This document shows, piece after piece, positions 51,084-60,426 of a stretch of 64,000 nucleotides of DNA (position 1 is the stretch's first letter; every line of letters begins with the position of its first letter). Both the position numbers and the translations under genes were made by a program. The notes under the pieces are model-generated. The model made no database searches and was not told the origin of the DNA. It worked only from the letters and a program-made list of their open reading frames with translations. The stretch is from Acidobacteriota bacterium (GTDB taxonomy: Bacteria > Acidobacteriota > UBA890 > WLXD01): the NCBI GenBank assembly GCA_965205505.1, contig CBDBHB010000009.1, positions 1,280,001 through 1,344,000 of the forward strand, given 5' to 3'.

Positions 51084-52031
51084 TCAGCCCTGTAGCTTCT
51101 CCAGCAATTGCAGCGTCGGTCGCGGGTTCTGCATGACGTACAGGTGGATGGCCGGCACGTCGTGCGCCAGCAGATCCTCGATCTGCTGGCGTGCCCAATC
51201 GATTCCGACTTCGGTGACTGCGTCATCGTCGGCCGCTTCTACCGCATCGACGAGCTCGGGCGGCAGGTGGATGAAGAATGACTTCGGCAGTAACGTCAGC
51301 TGTCGCTTGGCGGTGAGCACCTTCAGCGCCGGGATGATCGGCGCCTCGATGCCCATCTCACGACACAGCCGCACGTAGTCGTAGTAGCTCTGGTTGTTGA
51401 AGAACATCTGGGTGACGACATAATGCGCGCCGGCGTCGAGCTTGCGCTTCAGCCAGCGAACGTCGGCTTCCAGGTTGGGGGCCTGGATGTGCTTCTCGGG
51501 GTATCCGGCCACACCGATCTCGAAGCGGATCGGAGAGCCCTCGCGAGGCGTCGATACGTACTTGCCCTCGCCCAGATCGCGAATCTGCCGCACCAGCTCG
51601 AGGGCGTTTTCGTTGCGGGTTCGATTGTCGGTGAGCGGCTTGTCGTAGCCGTGGTCGTCGCCGGCGATCGCCAGCACGGTTTCGATGCCGACGTAGCTCG
51701 TGTCGATGAGGAAATCCTCGGTCTCCTGGCGCGTGAAGCCCTTGCAGACGACGTGCGGGACGGTGGGGATGCCGTACTTGTGCTGGATCAGCGAGCTAGC
51801 CGCGAGCGTGCCGGGTCGGCGCCGGACGATGTGCCGCTTGAGCCCGTCAGGACCTTCTTCATACGTCACCACACCGGCGTGGCTGGTGACGTCGATGAAG
51901 GCGGGACGGTAAGGCAGCAGCGCCTCGACGGTCTCGAGCAACGGTGCGATGGTGCCGCCGCGTAGCGGCGGCAGCAGCTCGAAGCTGAAGAAGGGCGCTT
52001 CGGCCGCGGCGATTCGCTCGGTGATTCTCAA
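51084..52031 (-). CDS. metF: Methylenetetrahydrofolate reductase
   Basis: FSFELLPP, IDVT, AGYPEKH, KLDAGA.YVVTQMFF. Confidence 0.88.
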   Translation of the reverse strand: MRITERIAAAEAPFFSFELLPPLRGGTIAPLLETVEALLPYRPAFIDVTSHAGVVTYEEGPDGLKRHIVRRRPGTLAASSLIQHKYGIPTVPHVVCKGFTRQETEDFLIDTSYVGIETVLAIAGDDHGYDKPLTDNRTRNENALELVRQIRDLGEGKYVSTPREGSPIRFEIGVAGYPEKHIQAPNLEADVRWLKRKLDAGAHYVVTQMFFNNQSYYDYVRLCREMGIEAPIIPALKVLTAKRQLTLLPKSFFIHLPPELVDAVEAADDDAVTEVGIDWARQQIEDLLAHDVPAIHLYVMQNPRPTLQLLEKLQG

Positions 52032-52227
52032 GGCGTCGTCTCCAGAGGCGATAACGCTACTGCTTCCGGGCGGTTCGGGTATGCGGTCGCGGATGGACGC
52101 AGGTCGGTGCGCGTGCCGGAGATCGGCACCGGCTCCGTCTACCAGGCCGCCGTGCTCGGCGAGCTGGGCTCGGTGGTACCCAAGAGCGTCACCTGCAAGT
52201 TCTTCAACGAGGCGAGCAACTGACGGG

Positions 52228-52917
52228 TCAGGGCGTATCGACGGCCTCGATGCGGATTCTCTCGCCCACCCAGACGCCGCGGACGGCGACGCGCTGCCCG
52301 GCGTGGGCCCGGAGCTCCGCCTCGAACTCCTCGGCGTTGGTGAACTCGACGGCGAGCCTGTGGCGGCGGCCGACGATCAGCGCCAGGTCCTGAGGCGAAT
52401 CGACGCGGCCGATGACCCAACCTGCGGGGTCGGGGTGGTCGTCGGGAGGCTGTAGGTCAGTGCGGTGGCCGATGATGCCGGTGCGCGTGAAGTGGTACTC
52501 CTCGGGTTCGTCGCCGACATACAGCAGCGTATCGTACTGACGGAAACCGACGATCTGCCGCTCGCCCAGCGGGCTGACGACGGTTCCTCCGATGTCGTCA
52601 CCATCTATGTCGAGTGTGTACTCGTAGGCGCCGGACTTGACCGACATCACGCCGTCGTCGTAGTCGAACCTCTGCGCCGGCAGGAAAACACCGCCGATCG
52701 ATGTGATCTCGGCCTGAAGCTCGCCGTCGACCTCCTGGACCCGCAGCAGCACCGTGCGGATGCCACCCGTAGCCCGGTTCGTCAGATCGCCGGATTTCAG
52801 GTTCCACATGCCCGTAGGGTCGACGGAGGCCGAGCCCGAGCAGGCACCGGCTACCAGCGCTGCTGCCCCGAGACCCGCTAAGGCGACACCAGCTCCAGAG
52901 CGCCGGCCGAAGATCAT
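52228..52917 (-). CDS. Hypothetical lipoprotein
   Basis: Lipobox-like VAGAC; start overlaps the upstream stop. Confidence 0.6.
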   Translation of the reverse strand: MIFGRRSGAGVALAGLGAAALVAGACSGSASVDPTGMWNLKSGDLTNRATGGIRTVLLRVQEVDGELQAEITSIGGVFLPAQRFDYDDGVMSVKSGAYEYTLDIDGDDIGGTVVSPLGERQIVGFRQYDTLLYVGDEPEEYHFTRTGIIGHRTDLQPPDDHPDPAGWVIGRVDSPQDLALIVGRRHRLAVEFTNAEEFEAELRAHAGQRVAVRGVWVGERIRIEAVDTP

Positions 52918-54206
52918 CGCGCCCCGGAGTCAGAGCCCGAAGCGCTCTCGACGTTGTCGGGCACGATGGGCTCCTCGAGCTTCACCCGGTAGTCGAACCA
53001 GCCCTCCATCATCTCGTCGCGGGAATCGGCGCCCCAGATCACCTGCACGGTGGGATCCGGATTCCAGGGATTGCTCGAAGAGTTGTCGAAGTGGGCGACG
53101 ACCTCGAGCTTGGTCCCCTTGGGCATCGGGATCGGCTCTGCGAGCTCGTAGGAGATCTGCCAGTACATGTCGTAGTTGGGCACGTGCAGCAGGATCTCCT
53201 CGGTGCCGTCGGGGTAGATCGCCCGGTACGTCATGTCCTTGCCCCGGTAGTGCATGTGGGGCTTCATCAGCGTGAGCTCGGCGTCGACATCGAAGATGAA
53301 CTCGCCGCGGCTCGTGTAGTTCGGCTCGTGCGGAGGGATCTGCAGCGTCGAGTCGGCAACGACCGACGAGTGGATCGTGTGGCTGATGGGGTTGTCGACG
53401 AGCCACACCGCGACGCGGGACCGATCCCTCTCGACAGTGTTGCTGGGGTGGTAGTGCAATCCGTGGCGCAGCCGGGACCCGGCGGGGATTAGCTTGCCCG
53501 CGCCTTCGGGGAACCGATCCCATTGCTTGCCGGGAACGGCGCTGGCAAGCCGCCCAGACGGATCGTAGGTGCCGTCGGGGCGCATCACGGTGACGACGTT
53601 GTGGTGTACGACACGCGCGTTGCCGCGCACCTCGACGGCCTGCACCCAGATGTCCTCTTCGTGGGTGGTCGGGGCCATGATGTCGATGTTGATATCGGCG
53701 CCGCCGGCCGGCACTTCGAACTCCTCGTCCATCTCGAACACGTAGTCTGGAGGTCCGAGCAGGCCTCCGAGCAGCCAGCCCTCGGGGAACTCGGGTGGGA
53801 TGAAGTCACCCTCTCCGCGCGGCGCTCCCCCGTCGACCCACGCCAGGATCGTCTGCCGCTGCGCGTCGCTCAGCCGGCGATCGTTGCCGAAGTGGCCGTA
53901 GCGTGGGTCGGCGTGCCATGGGGGCATGATGCCCAACTCCACCATCAAGCGAATCGAGTCGGCCCACGGGCGCGCCTCCTCGTAGGTGAGCAGCGACAGC
54001 GGCGCTACTTCGCCCGGCCGATGACAGTTCATGCACTTGACGGCCATGAGAGGTCCGATGTCTTCAGTCCAGGTGGGCGCGCGCTGCTTGGACGAGTCCT
54101 CCTCCAACGCGGCAGGTGTTGCCTGTGCCGCGCCGGCGGCCGGCACTCCGTTCCAGCCGCAAATAGCAACGATCGAACCGATTCCGACCAGCAATGCTCG
54201 CTTCAT
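52914..54206 (-). CDS. Cytochrome c plus copper type II monooxygenase (PHM-like) fusion, copy 1
   Basis: CMNCH..MPPW; VVHH, LHYH, PHMHYRG, DEMM copper-ligand pattern. Confidence 0.75.
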   Translation of the reverse strand: MKRALLVGIGSIVAICGWNGVPAAGAAQATPAALEEDSSKQRAPTWTEDIGPLMAVKCMNCHRPGEVAPLSLLTYEEARPWADSIRLMVELGIMPPWHADPRYGHFGNDRRLSDAQRQTILAWVDGGAPRGEGDFIPPEFPEGWLLGGLLGPPDYVFEMDEEFEVPAGGADINIDIMAPTTHEEDIWVQAVEVRGNARVVHHNVVTVMRPDGTYDPSGRLASAVPGKQWDRFPEGAGKLIPAGSRLRHGLHYHPSNTVERDRSRVAVWLVDNPISHTIHSSVVADSTLQIPPHEPNYTSRGEFIFDVDAELTLMKPHMHYRGKDMTYRAIYPDGTEEILLHVPNYDMYWQISYELAEPIPMPKGTKLEVVAHFDNSSSNPWNPDPTVQVIWGADSRDEMMEGWFDYRVKLEEPIVPDNVESASGSDSGAR

Positions 54207-54368
54207 GGTGCCTCCTCGGAGCTACCGATACCTGAAGATAGCCGTGAAGCCGCCGAGGTGTCCAATGGCGGGGCGGAACAATTACCTCACCTGCGGCTCG
54301 GTAGGGTAGTGTTGCCGGGGTTGCTGCCGGAGTGCGCTGGCTCGCTGCCGTAGGAATCGGAGACGCAG

Positions 54369-54818
54369 GTGACAAAGACGGTCCTCAGCACGTTGGCGGG
54401 AACGCTGGCGCTCGCCGGGGTGACGCTCGCAGCCGACATCGCCGGCTCCGGGACGCCCCAAGCCACGGCCGAGGACGGTGTCTATACGGCCGAGCAGGCC
54501 GATCGGGGCCAGCGCACCTACGTACGCGAGTGCGGTACCTGCCACGGGGTAGATTTGCGCGGCGGCGAGGCCTCCATCGGATTGGTGGGCAGGGACTTCA
54601 TGCACTACTGGGCACAGGAGTCGCTGGGGATCCTGTACGCGATAATTCAGGAGACCATGCCTGAGGATGACCCCGGCCGACTGTCGCCGGGCGAAACGGT
54701 CGACCTCATCGCGATGATCCTGCGTGGCAATGGGTTCCCGCCCGGCGAAGAGGAGCTTGAGGCCGACCCTGACCCTCTGTTCGAGATCCCGCTCACAGCT
54801 GCCCAAGAGCAGCGATGA
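54369..54818 (+). CDS. Monoheme cytochrome c
   Basis: GVYT..QA.RG, CGTCH, TMP. Confidence 0.85.
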   Translation: MTKTVLSTLAGTLALAGVTLAADIAGSGTPQATAEDGVYTAEQADRGQRTYVRECGTCHGVDLRGGEASIGLVGRDFMHYWAQESLGILYAIIQETMPEDDPGRLSPGETVDLIAMILRGNGFPPGEEELEADPDPLFEIPLTAAQEQR

Positions 54819-56764
54819 GAACGGGTGCGGCCTTCGTGGGAATGGCGTTGCTGCTGGGCTCGGCCATCGCGTCGACCGGCGGAATGCAGTACGGCGCCGG
54901 CGGCGGCGAGTGGCACTACTACGGCGGCGACGCGGCCAGCACCCGCTACGCGCCGCTCGACCAGATCGATCGAGACAACGTGGCGGAGCTGCAGATCGCT
55001 TGGCGTTGGAAGTCCGACAATTACGGTCCGCGGCCGGAGTTTAATTACCGCACCACGCCGCTGATGGTGAACGGCGTGCTGTATGCGACGGCGGGAACGC
55101 GTCGCGCCGTGGTGGCGATCGACGCGGCCACCGGCGAGACGCTGTGGTCGTACCGCATGGACGAAGGGGCGCGCGGCGACACCGCGCCGCGCCCCAACTC
55201 GGGCCGTGGGGTAGCGTACTGGTCGGACGGCGCCGAGGAGGCGATCTTCCTCGTTACGCCTGCCTACCACTTGGTGGCGCTGAGCCCGAAGACCGGGCGA
55301 CCCATGCCGGACTTCGGCATCGATGGAACTGTGGATCTGCGGCGCGGGCTGGACCGCGAGCTCGATGTCGATAAGGCAACCATAGGCTCGAGCTCGCCGG
55401 CCGTCGTGGTGGGCGATGTGGTCGTGGTCGGCAGCGCCTTTCCGGCCGGCGGCAATCCGGCGACCAAGGAGATGCCAGCCGGCCACATTCGCGGCTACGA
55501 CGCGCGAACGGGCGATCGCCTGTGGATCTTCCACACCATTCCCGAGGCCGGCGAGCTCGGCCATGACACCTGGGAGGAGGGCTCCGCCAGCTACACAGGC
55601 AACGTCGGCCAGTGGACGACGTTTTCCGCCGATCCCGAGCTCGGCTACGTGTATGTGCCGCTCGAGGCCCCGACCGGCGACTACTACGGCGGCCACCGCC
55701 CCGGCGACAACCTCTTCTCCCAGAGCCTGGTGTGCCTCGACGCCAGGACCGGCGAGCGCGTCTGGCACTTCCAGACGGTTCGCCACGGCATCTGGGACTA
55801 CGATCTGCCGGCCGCCCCGATCCTGCTCGACATCAACGTCGACGGTCGCTCGATCAAGGCGGTCGCCCAGGTCACCAAGCACGCGTTCACCTTCGTCTTC
55901 GACCGCGTCACCGGCCAGCCCGTATGGCCGATCGACGACCGCCCCGTCCCGCAGACCGATGTCCCCGGTGAGCGCACCGCGGCAACGCAGCCATTTCCGA
56001 CCAAGCCGGCGCCGTTCGATCGTCAGGGTGTCACCATCGATGACCTCATCGACTTCACGCCCGAGCTCTTCGAGGAGGCCAAGGTGCTGGCTTCGGGCTT
56101 CCGCCTCGGACCCCTGTTCACGCCGCCGTCGCTTATCGAGGAGAACGGGACCAAGGGAACCCTGGCGATGCCGGGAAGTGTGGGCGGGGCCAATTGGCCC
56201 AGTGCCGCAGCCGATCCGGAAACCGGCATCTTGTACGTGACCTCGACCACCAAACCGGATGTGTACGGGCTGTGGAGCGATCCCGCGAGCTCCAACATGA
56301 GGTACGTGCAGGGTCGGAGCGTGAGGCTGCCGCAGGGCGGCGGGCCACGCGGGTTGCCGCTAGTCAAGCCACCCTGGGGGCGCATCACTGCCATCGATCT
56401 GAATACCGGCGAGCATGTATGGACGCGACCGAACGGCGACACTCCCGATTATGTTCGTGAGCACCCGGTGCTCCGTGGGCTCGACATCCCGCCGACCGGC
56501 CGCACCGATCGTGGCGCCCCGCTGGTGACCAAGACGCTTCTGTTCGTTGGTGAGGGCTCCGGTCTGTTCGCTGCCTATGGAGGCGGTGGAAACAAGCTCC
56601 GCGCCCACGACAAGCTCTCCGGTGAGGTGCTCGCCGAGATCGAGCTGCCGGCCAATCAGAGCGGGGTGCCGATCACCTACATGCACGACGGCAAGCAGTA
56701 CGTGGTGGTCGCTGTCGGCGCGACCGCGCACGCGGGCGAGCTGGTGGCGTTGGCGCTTGAATAG
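54815..56764 (+). CDS. PQQ-dependent glucose/quinate dehydrogenase-like (soluble)
   Basis: W..YGGD...RYAPLDQI, RGVAYW, YGGHRPGDNLF, HGIWDYD, GGANW, KPPWG. Confidence 0.88.
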   Translation: MRTGAAFVGMALLLGSAIASTGGMQYGAGGGEWHYYGGDAASTRYAPLDQIDRDNVAELQIAWRWKSDNYGPRPEFNYRTTPLMVNGVLYATAGTRRAVVAIDAATGETLWSYRMDEGARGDTAPRPNSGRGVAYWSDGAEEAIFLVTPAYHLVALSPKTGRPMPDFGIDGTVDLRRGLDRELDVDKATIGSSSPAVVVGDVVVVGSAFPAGGNPATKEMPAGHIRGYDARTGDRLWIFHTIPEAGELGHDTWEEGSASYTGNVGQWTTFSADPELGYVYVPLEAPTGDYYGGHRPGDNLFSQSLVCLDARTGERVWHFQTVRHGIWDYDLPAAPILLDINVDGRSIKAVAQVTKHAFTFVFDRVTGQPVWPIDDRPVPQTDVPGERTAATQPFPTKPAPFDRQGVTIDDLIDFTPELFEEAKVLASGFRLGPLFTPPSLIEENGTKGTLAMPGSVGGANWPSAAADPETGILYVTSTTKPDVYGLWSDPASSNMRYVQGRSVRLPQGGGPRGLPLVKPPWGRITAIDLNTGEHVWTRPNGDTPDYVREHPVLRGLDIPPTGRTDRGAPLVTKTLLFVGEGSGLFAAYGGGGNKLRAHDKLSGEVLAEIELPANQSGVPITYMHDGKQYVVVAVGATAHAGELVALALE

Positions 56765-56909
56765 TCACCGACGAGATCTTCGACGGTTGCGCGCCTGATT
56801 CGATTGACTTCTAGGGCGGCACCGATGACCCTCCGAAAGGAACGTGTGGCGGGAGCTTCGAGCACCGGAGGGGTTCCAGCGCTCAGTGCAGCTCTCCAGG
56901 AGGACCTTC

Positions 56910-57782
56910 GTGCGCAGACCGACATCGGTTGCCATCGTCGTGGCTGCCGGCTTGGTCACCGGGGGCGCAGCAGCGTTGTCGGCGACGCCATCGCCGCAGC
57001 TGCCGTTCGCTCCTGAAAGCGCCGCCGGGATGACGGTCACGCCGGCCTTCGAAGGGTGGTACGAGAACCCGGACGGCACGTTCAGCCTTTCGTTCGGCTA
57101 CTACAATCGCAACACCGAAGAAGAGCTCGAGATCCCCCTCGGCCCGAACAACTTCATCGAGCCGGCCCAGTTCGACGGCGGCCAGCCGTCGCACTTTCAG
57201 CCGCGCCAGAACTGGGGCGTGTTTGCGGTCAAGGTGCCGGCGGACCACGGTGATACGAAGGTCTACTGGACGCTGAAGATCCGCGGCGAGACATTCTCCA
57301 TTCCAGGCCATCTCAGACCTGACTGGCAGATTGACGCACTGGCCGGCGAGGCGGGCTCGGGCAACACGCCGCCGGTGCTCAAGTTTGGCGCCGCCGAGGG
57401 AGCCGGCCCGGCTGGTGTCATGAGCGCCCCGCTGACGGGGTCGGTGGACGAGCCGACGACGCTCACGGTGTGGGCTCACGACGATGGCCGGCCGGCCCCG
57501 AGAATCGCCAGCGCAGGGGTGGATGACGTTCCGATAACTCTCACCTGGTTCAAGCACCAGGGCCCAGGGAACGTGGTTTTCGACCCGCCGACCGCCGAGC
57601 TTCCAGTGAGCGGTGCCGAGATGGCTACGGCGGCGACCTTCAGCGCTCCGGGAGAGTACTTGCTCCGGGTACGAGCTAACGACGCATCTGGATACAGACC
57701 CGGATCTTCCGCCTTCGCGTCCGCCGGGCATGCGCAATGTTGCTGGACCAATGGTTTCGTGAAAGTAACGGTAGATCCGTAG
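56910..57782 (+). CDS. Secreted hypothetical protein with Ig/PKD-like C-terminus
   Basis: AGGAGG RBS then GTG; PAFEGWY.NPDG..FGYYNRN; W....GPG, APGEY.L; CCWTN. Confidence 0.65.
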   Translation: MRRPTSVAIVVAAGLVTGGAAALSATPSPQLPFAPESAAGMTVTPAFEGWYENPDGTFSLSFGYYNRNTEEELEIPLGPNNFIEPAQFDGGQPSHFQPRQNWGVFAVKVPADHGDTKVYWTLKIRGETFSIPGHLRPDWQIDALAGEAGSGNTPPVLKFGAAEGAGPAGVMSAPLTGSVDEPTTLTVWAHDDGRPAPRIASAGVDDVPITLTWFKHQGPGNVVFDPPTAELPVSGAEMATAATFSAPGEYLLRVRANDASGYRPGSSAFASAGHAQCCWTNGFVKVTVDP

Positions 57783-57798
57783 ACTGCAGGAGAAGATC

Positions 57799-59226
57799 GT
57801 GATGAAGACAACCATGTTCGGTCGTCGCGGAATCGCTGTCGGTGTGATGGGGGTGCTGGCGTTCGCCGGGTTGCTGATCCCTCAAGGGCAGGCGGTATCC
57901 CAAGAGCGGTCGAGCGCTCAGATGGTTGCCGACGCCGCGGTGATGGTGGAAGAGAGCCCGGACGCGATTACCTTCGCCAAGCACGTGGCGCCGATCCTGC
58001 AGCGGAAGTGCCAGGTGTGCCATCAGCCGGATTCCATCGCGCCGATGTCGCTGATGACCTACGACGAGGTGCGAACCTACGCGGCAATGATCAAGGACAG
58101 GGTCGAAAGACGGCAGATGCCACCCTGGCATATCAACCGTTCCGTCGGTATCAAGAAGTTCAAGAACGATCGTGGTCTCACCGCCGATGAGATCGAGACG
58201 ATCGGTGCCTGGGTCGACGCCGGCGCCCCGTTCGGCGCCGCGGCCGACATGCCTCCGCCGGCCGATTTTCCTGATCCGGGTGCCTGGCGGCTGGTTGATG
58301 ACTTCGGCGAGCCCGATCTCATCATTCCGTCGAAGTCGTACACGCTCGCGGCCGTGACCCAGGACAAGTGGTTTCGCCCCCTGACTCCCACAGGCCTGAC
58401 CGAAGCGCGCTGGGTCAAGGCGATCGAGATCCGCCCGGTCGGCAAGGACGCGCGCACGATCATTCACCACGTGCTGGCATTCCTCGAGCAAGAGGAGGAG
58501 GAGGGCGAGATGAGCGCCGGAGCCGTGGTCACCAGCACCCGGGGTGCCATGGGTGGGCCGGGTCTGTTCATGGAGTGGGCGGTCGGGAAGGCGGGCGAGA
58601 TCTTCCCCGAGGGGGCCGGCAAGGTGATGCTGCCGGACTCCAAGATCCGCTGGGAGCTGCACATGCACGCCATTGGCAAGCTGGTCGAGGACGTACAGGT
58701 CGAGCTCGGTGTTTGGTTCCACGACAAAGGCAACGAGCCCAGGAACCGCACCAGGCTCAACTTTCTCGACGCGCGCGGCCGCACCGGCATCGACATCCCC
58801 CCGGGCAAGATCGCGGTCACTCAGCAGCACCATGTCATGCAGTGGCCGGCGCGTCTGGAGAACTTCCAGCCGCACATGCACATGCGCGGCAAGGCGATGC
58901 AGATGTCGGCGATCTACCCCAATGGCCGCGAAGAGATCCTCAGCCTGGTCGACAACTTCAATTGGAACTGGCACATCAACTACATCTACGCCGATGAGGT
59001 CGCGCCGCTGTTGCCTGCCGGCACCACCATCGTCATTACGGCGTGGCACGACAACACGGCTGACAACCCCAATAACCCGGACCCCGAGCAATGGATCGGG
59101 TGGGGCGACCGTACGGTCGACGAGATGGCCCACGCCTGGGTCGATGTGACGTACTTGCAGCAGGAGGAGTACGACGAGATCGTCGACCAGCGACAGGCGG
59201 CCGCGGAGGCGATCAATCCCGAGTGA
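57799..59226 (+). CDS. Cytochrome c plus copper type II monooxygenase (PHM-like) fusion, copy 2
   Basis: CQVCH..MPPW; IIHH, LHMH, PHMHMRG, DEMA. Confidence 0.75.
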   Translation: MMKTTMFGRRGIAVGVMGVLAFAGLLIPQGQAVSQERSSAQMVADAAVMVEESPDAITFAKHVAPILQRKCQVCHQPDSIAPMSLMTYDEVRTYAAMIKDRVERRQMPPWHINRSVGIKKFKNDRGLTADEIETIGAWVDAGAPFGAAADMPPPADFPDPGAWRLVDDFGEPDLIIPSKSYTLAAVTQDKWFRPLTPTGLTEARWVKAIEIRPVGKDARTIIHHVLAFLEQEEEEGEMSAGAVVTSTRGAMGGPGLFMEWAVGKAGEIFPEGAGKVMLPDSKIRWELHMHAIGKLVEDVQVELGVWFHDKGNEPRNRTRLNFLDARGRTGIDIPPGKIAVTQQHHVMQWPARLENFQPHMHMRGKAMQMSAIYPNGREEILSLVDNFNWNWHINYIYADEVAPLLPAGTTIVITAWHDNTADNPNNPDPEQWIGWGDRTVDEMAHAWVDVTYLQQEEYDEIVDQRQAAAEAINPE

Positions 59227-59278
59227 TCCTGGCGCGGCGAGGGGCGCGCTATTCCGAAAAGGGGCGCCTCTCAGGCCA

Positions 59279-59556
59279 CTAGTGGCCTGTAACAGATGAT
59301 CGTTGCATATCGCAGATGGGATTTGCGGGTGAGATCAAGGCGCGGGGAGGAGGGCGATGCAGTGGGCATCGTCGACGAGGCGCAACGCCGATATCGCCCG
59401 CAACTGCCCATCTGTCCGGAGGATGGCGGCGAAATCGGCCCGTCTGCGGCGTTGCTCCTCCTCCAAGATGGGCAAACATCGTCTCGTCGTCGCGCCTGGC
59501 ATCCGGACCCATTTCGCCACCACGATACGCAACGATCATCTGTTAGAGGCCACTAG
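59279..59556. mobile_element. MITE-like element A, copy 2 (uninterrupted)
   Basis: CTAG at both ends; 34-bp TIRs with 2 mismatches; no transposase. Confidence 0.85.
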
Positions 59557-60377
59557 ACGAGTCCTCCACCACAGATCACCAGCTGGCCGCTGATGTAGTT
59601 GGATTCCGGCGTGCACAGCAGGTACACGGCGCCGGCCGCCTCCTCGGGGGTGCCGGGGCGCCCCAGCGGGATTAGTTGGGGCGCTGCCTCGAGCAGCTGC
59701 CGGTTCGCCCCGGCCTTGATGGTCCGTCCCTCGATCTCGATCTGAGCGTCCTCGTCACCCCAAGGCCTGGTCAGGCGCGTGGAGATCAGCCCGAAGGCGA
59801 CGGCGTTGACGTTGACCTTGTAACGACCCCATTCCTTGGCCATTGCCCGCGTCAGGCCGAGGATACCCGCCTTCGCTGTCGAGTAATTGGCCTGTCCGGC
59901 GCCGCCGCCCGTGCCGGCAATCGAAGAGATGTTGACCACCTTGCGGAGCACTTCCTCACCGGCCGCGGCCTCCGCCTTGGCGGCCGGACGGATGAACTCC
60001 GCTGCGGCACGCAGAATGCGGAACGGCGCGGTCAGGTGGACATCCATGATCGCTTGCCACTGCTCGTCGGACATCTTCTGGATAACACCGTCCCAGGTGT
60101 AGCCGACGTTGTTGACAATGATGTCGAGCCCGCCGTAAGTATCGATCGCCGCGGCCACGAAGCGGCTGCCGAAATCCACATCGGTGACGTTTCGGACGCA
60201 TGCGGTTGCTTCACCGCCGGCCTCGCGGATGCGCGCCACAGTCTCTAGAGCGGGCGCTTCATCGAGGTCATTCACCACCACGCGAGCCCCTTCGCTTGCG
60301 AGCTTGCAAGCGATCGATTCCCCGATACCGCGACCGCTTCCCGAAACCAACGCAACTTTGCCCGACAAGTTGTTCAT
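59553..60377 (-). CDS. SDR family oxidoreductase (3-oxoacyl-ACP reductase-like)
   Basis: SGSGRGIG, NNVG, NISS, YSTAK. Confidence 0.9.
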   Translation of the reverse strand: MNNLSGKVALVSGSGRGIGESIACKLASEGARVVVNDLDEAPALETVARIREAGGEATACVRNVTDVDFGSRFVAAAIDTYGGLDIIVNNVGYTWDGVIQKMSDEQWQAIMDVHLTAPFRILRAAAEFIRPAAKAEAAAGEEVLRKVVNISSIAGTGGGAGQANYSTAKAGILGLTRAMAKEWGRYKVNVNAVAFGLISTRLTRPWGDEDAQIEIEGRTIKAGANRQLLEAAPQLIPLGRPGTPEEAAGAVYLLCTPESNYISGQLVICGGGLV

Positions 60378-60426
60378 GCTCTCTCTTTCTCTTGGTTATG
60401 AGGTCGTGGCAGATGTCCTGCAGACC

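Noticed and set aside
52031-52228. SAM or SAH riboswitch upstream of metF
   Set aside because: No recognisable consensus by eye; an Rfam scan would be needed.
59238-59272. Rho-independent terminator
   Set aside because: An imperfect hairpin is present but has no U-tract.
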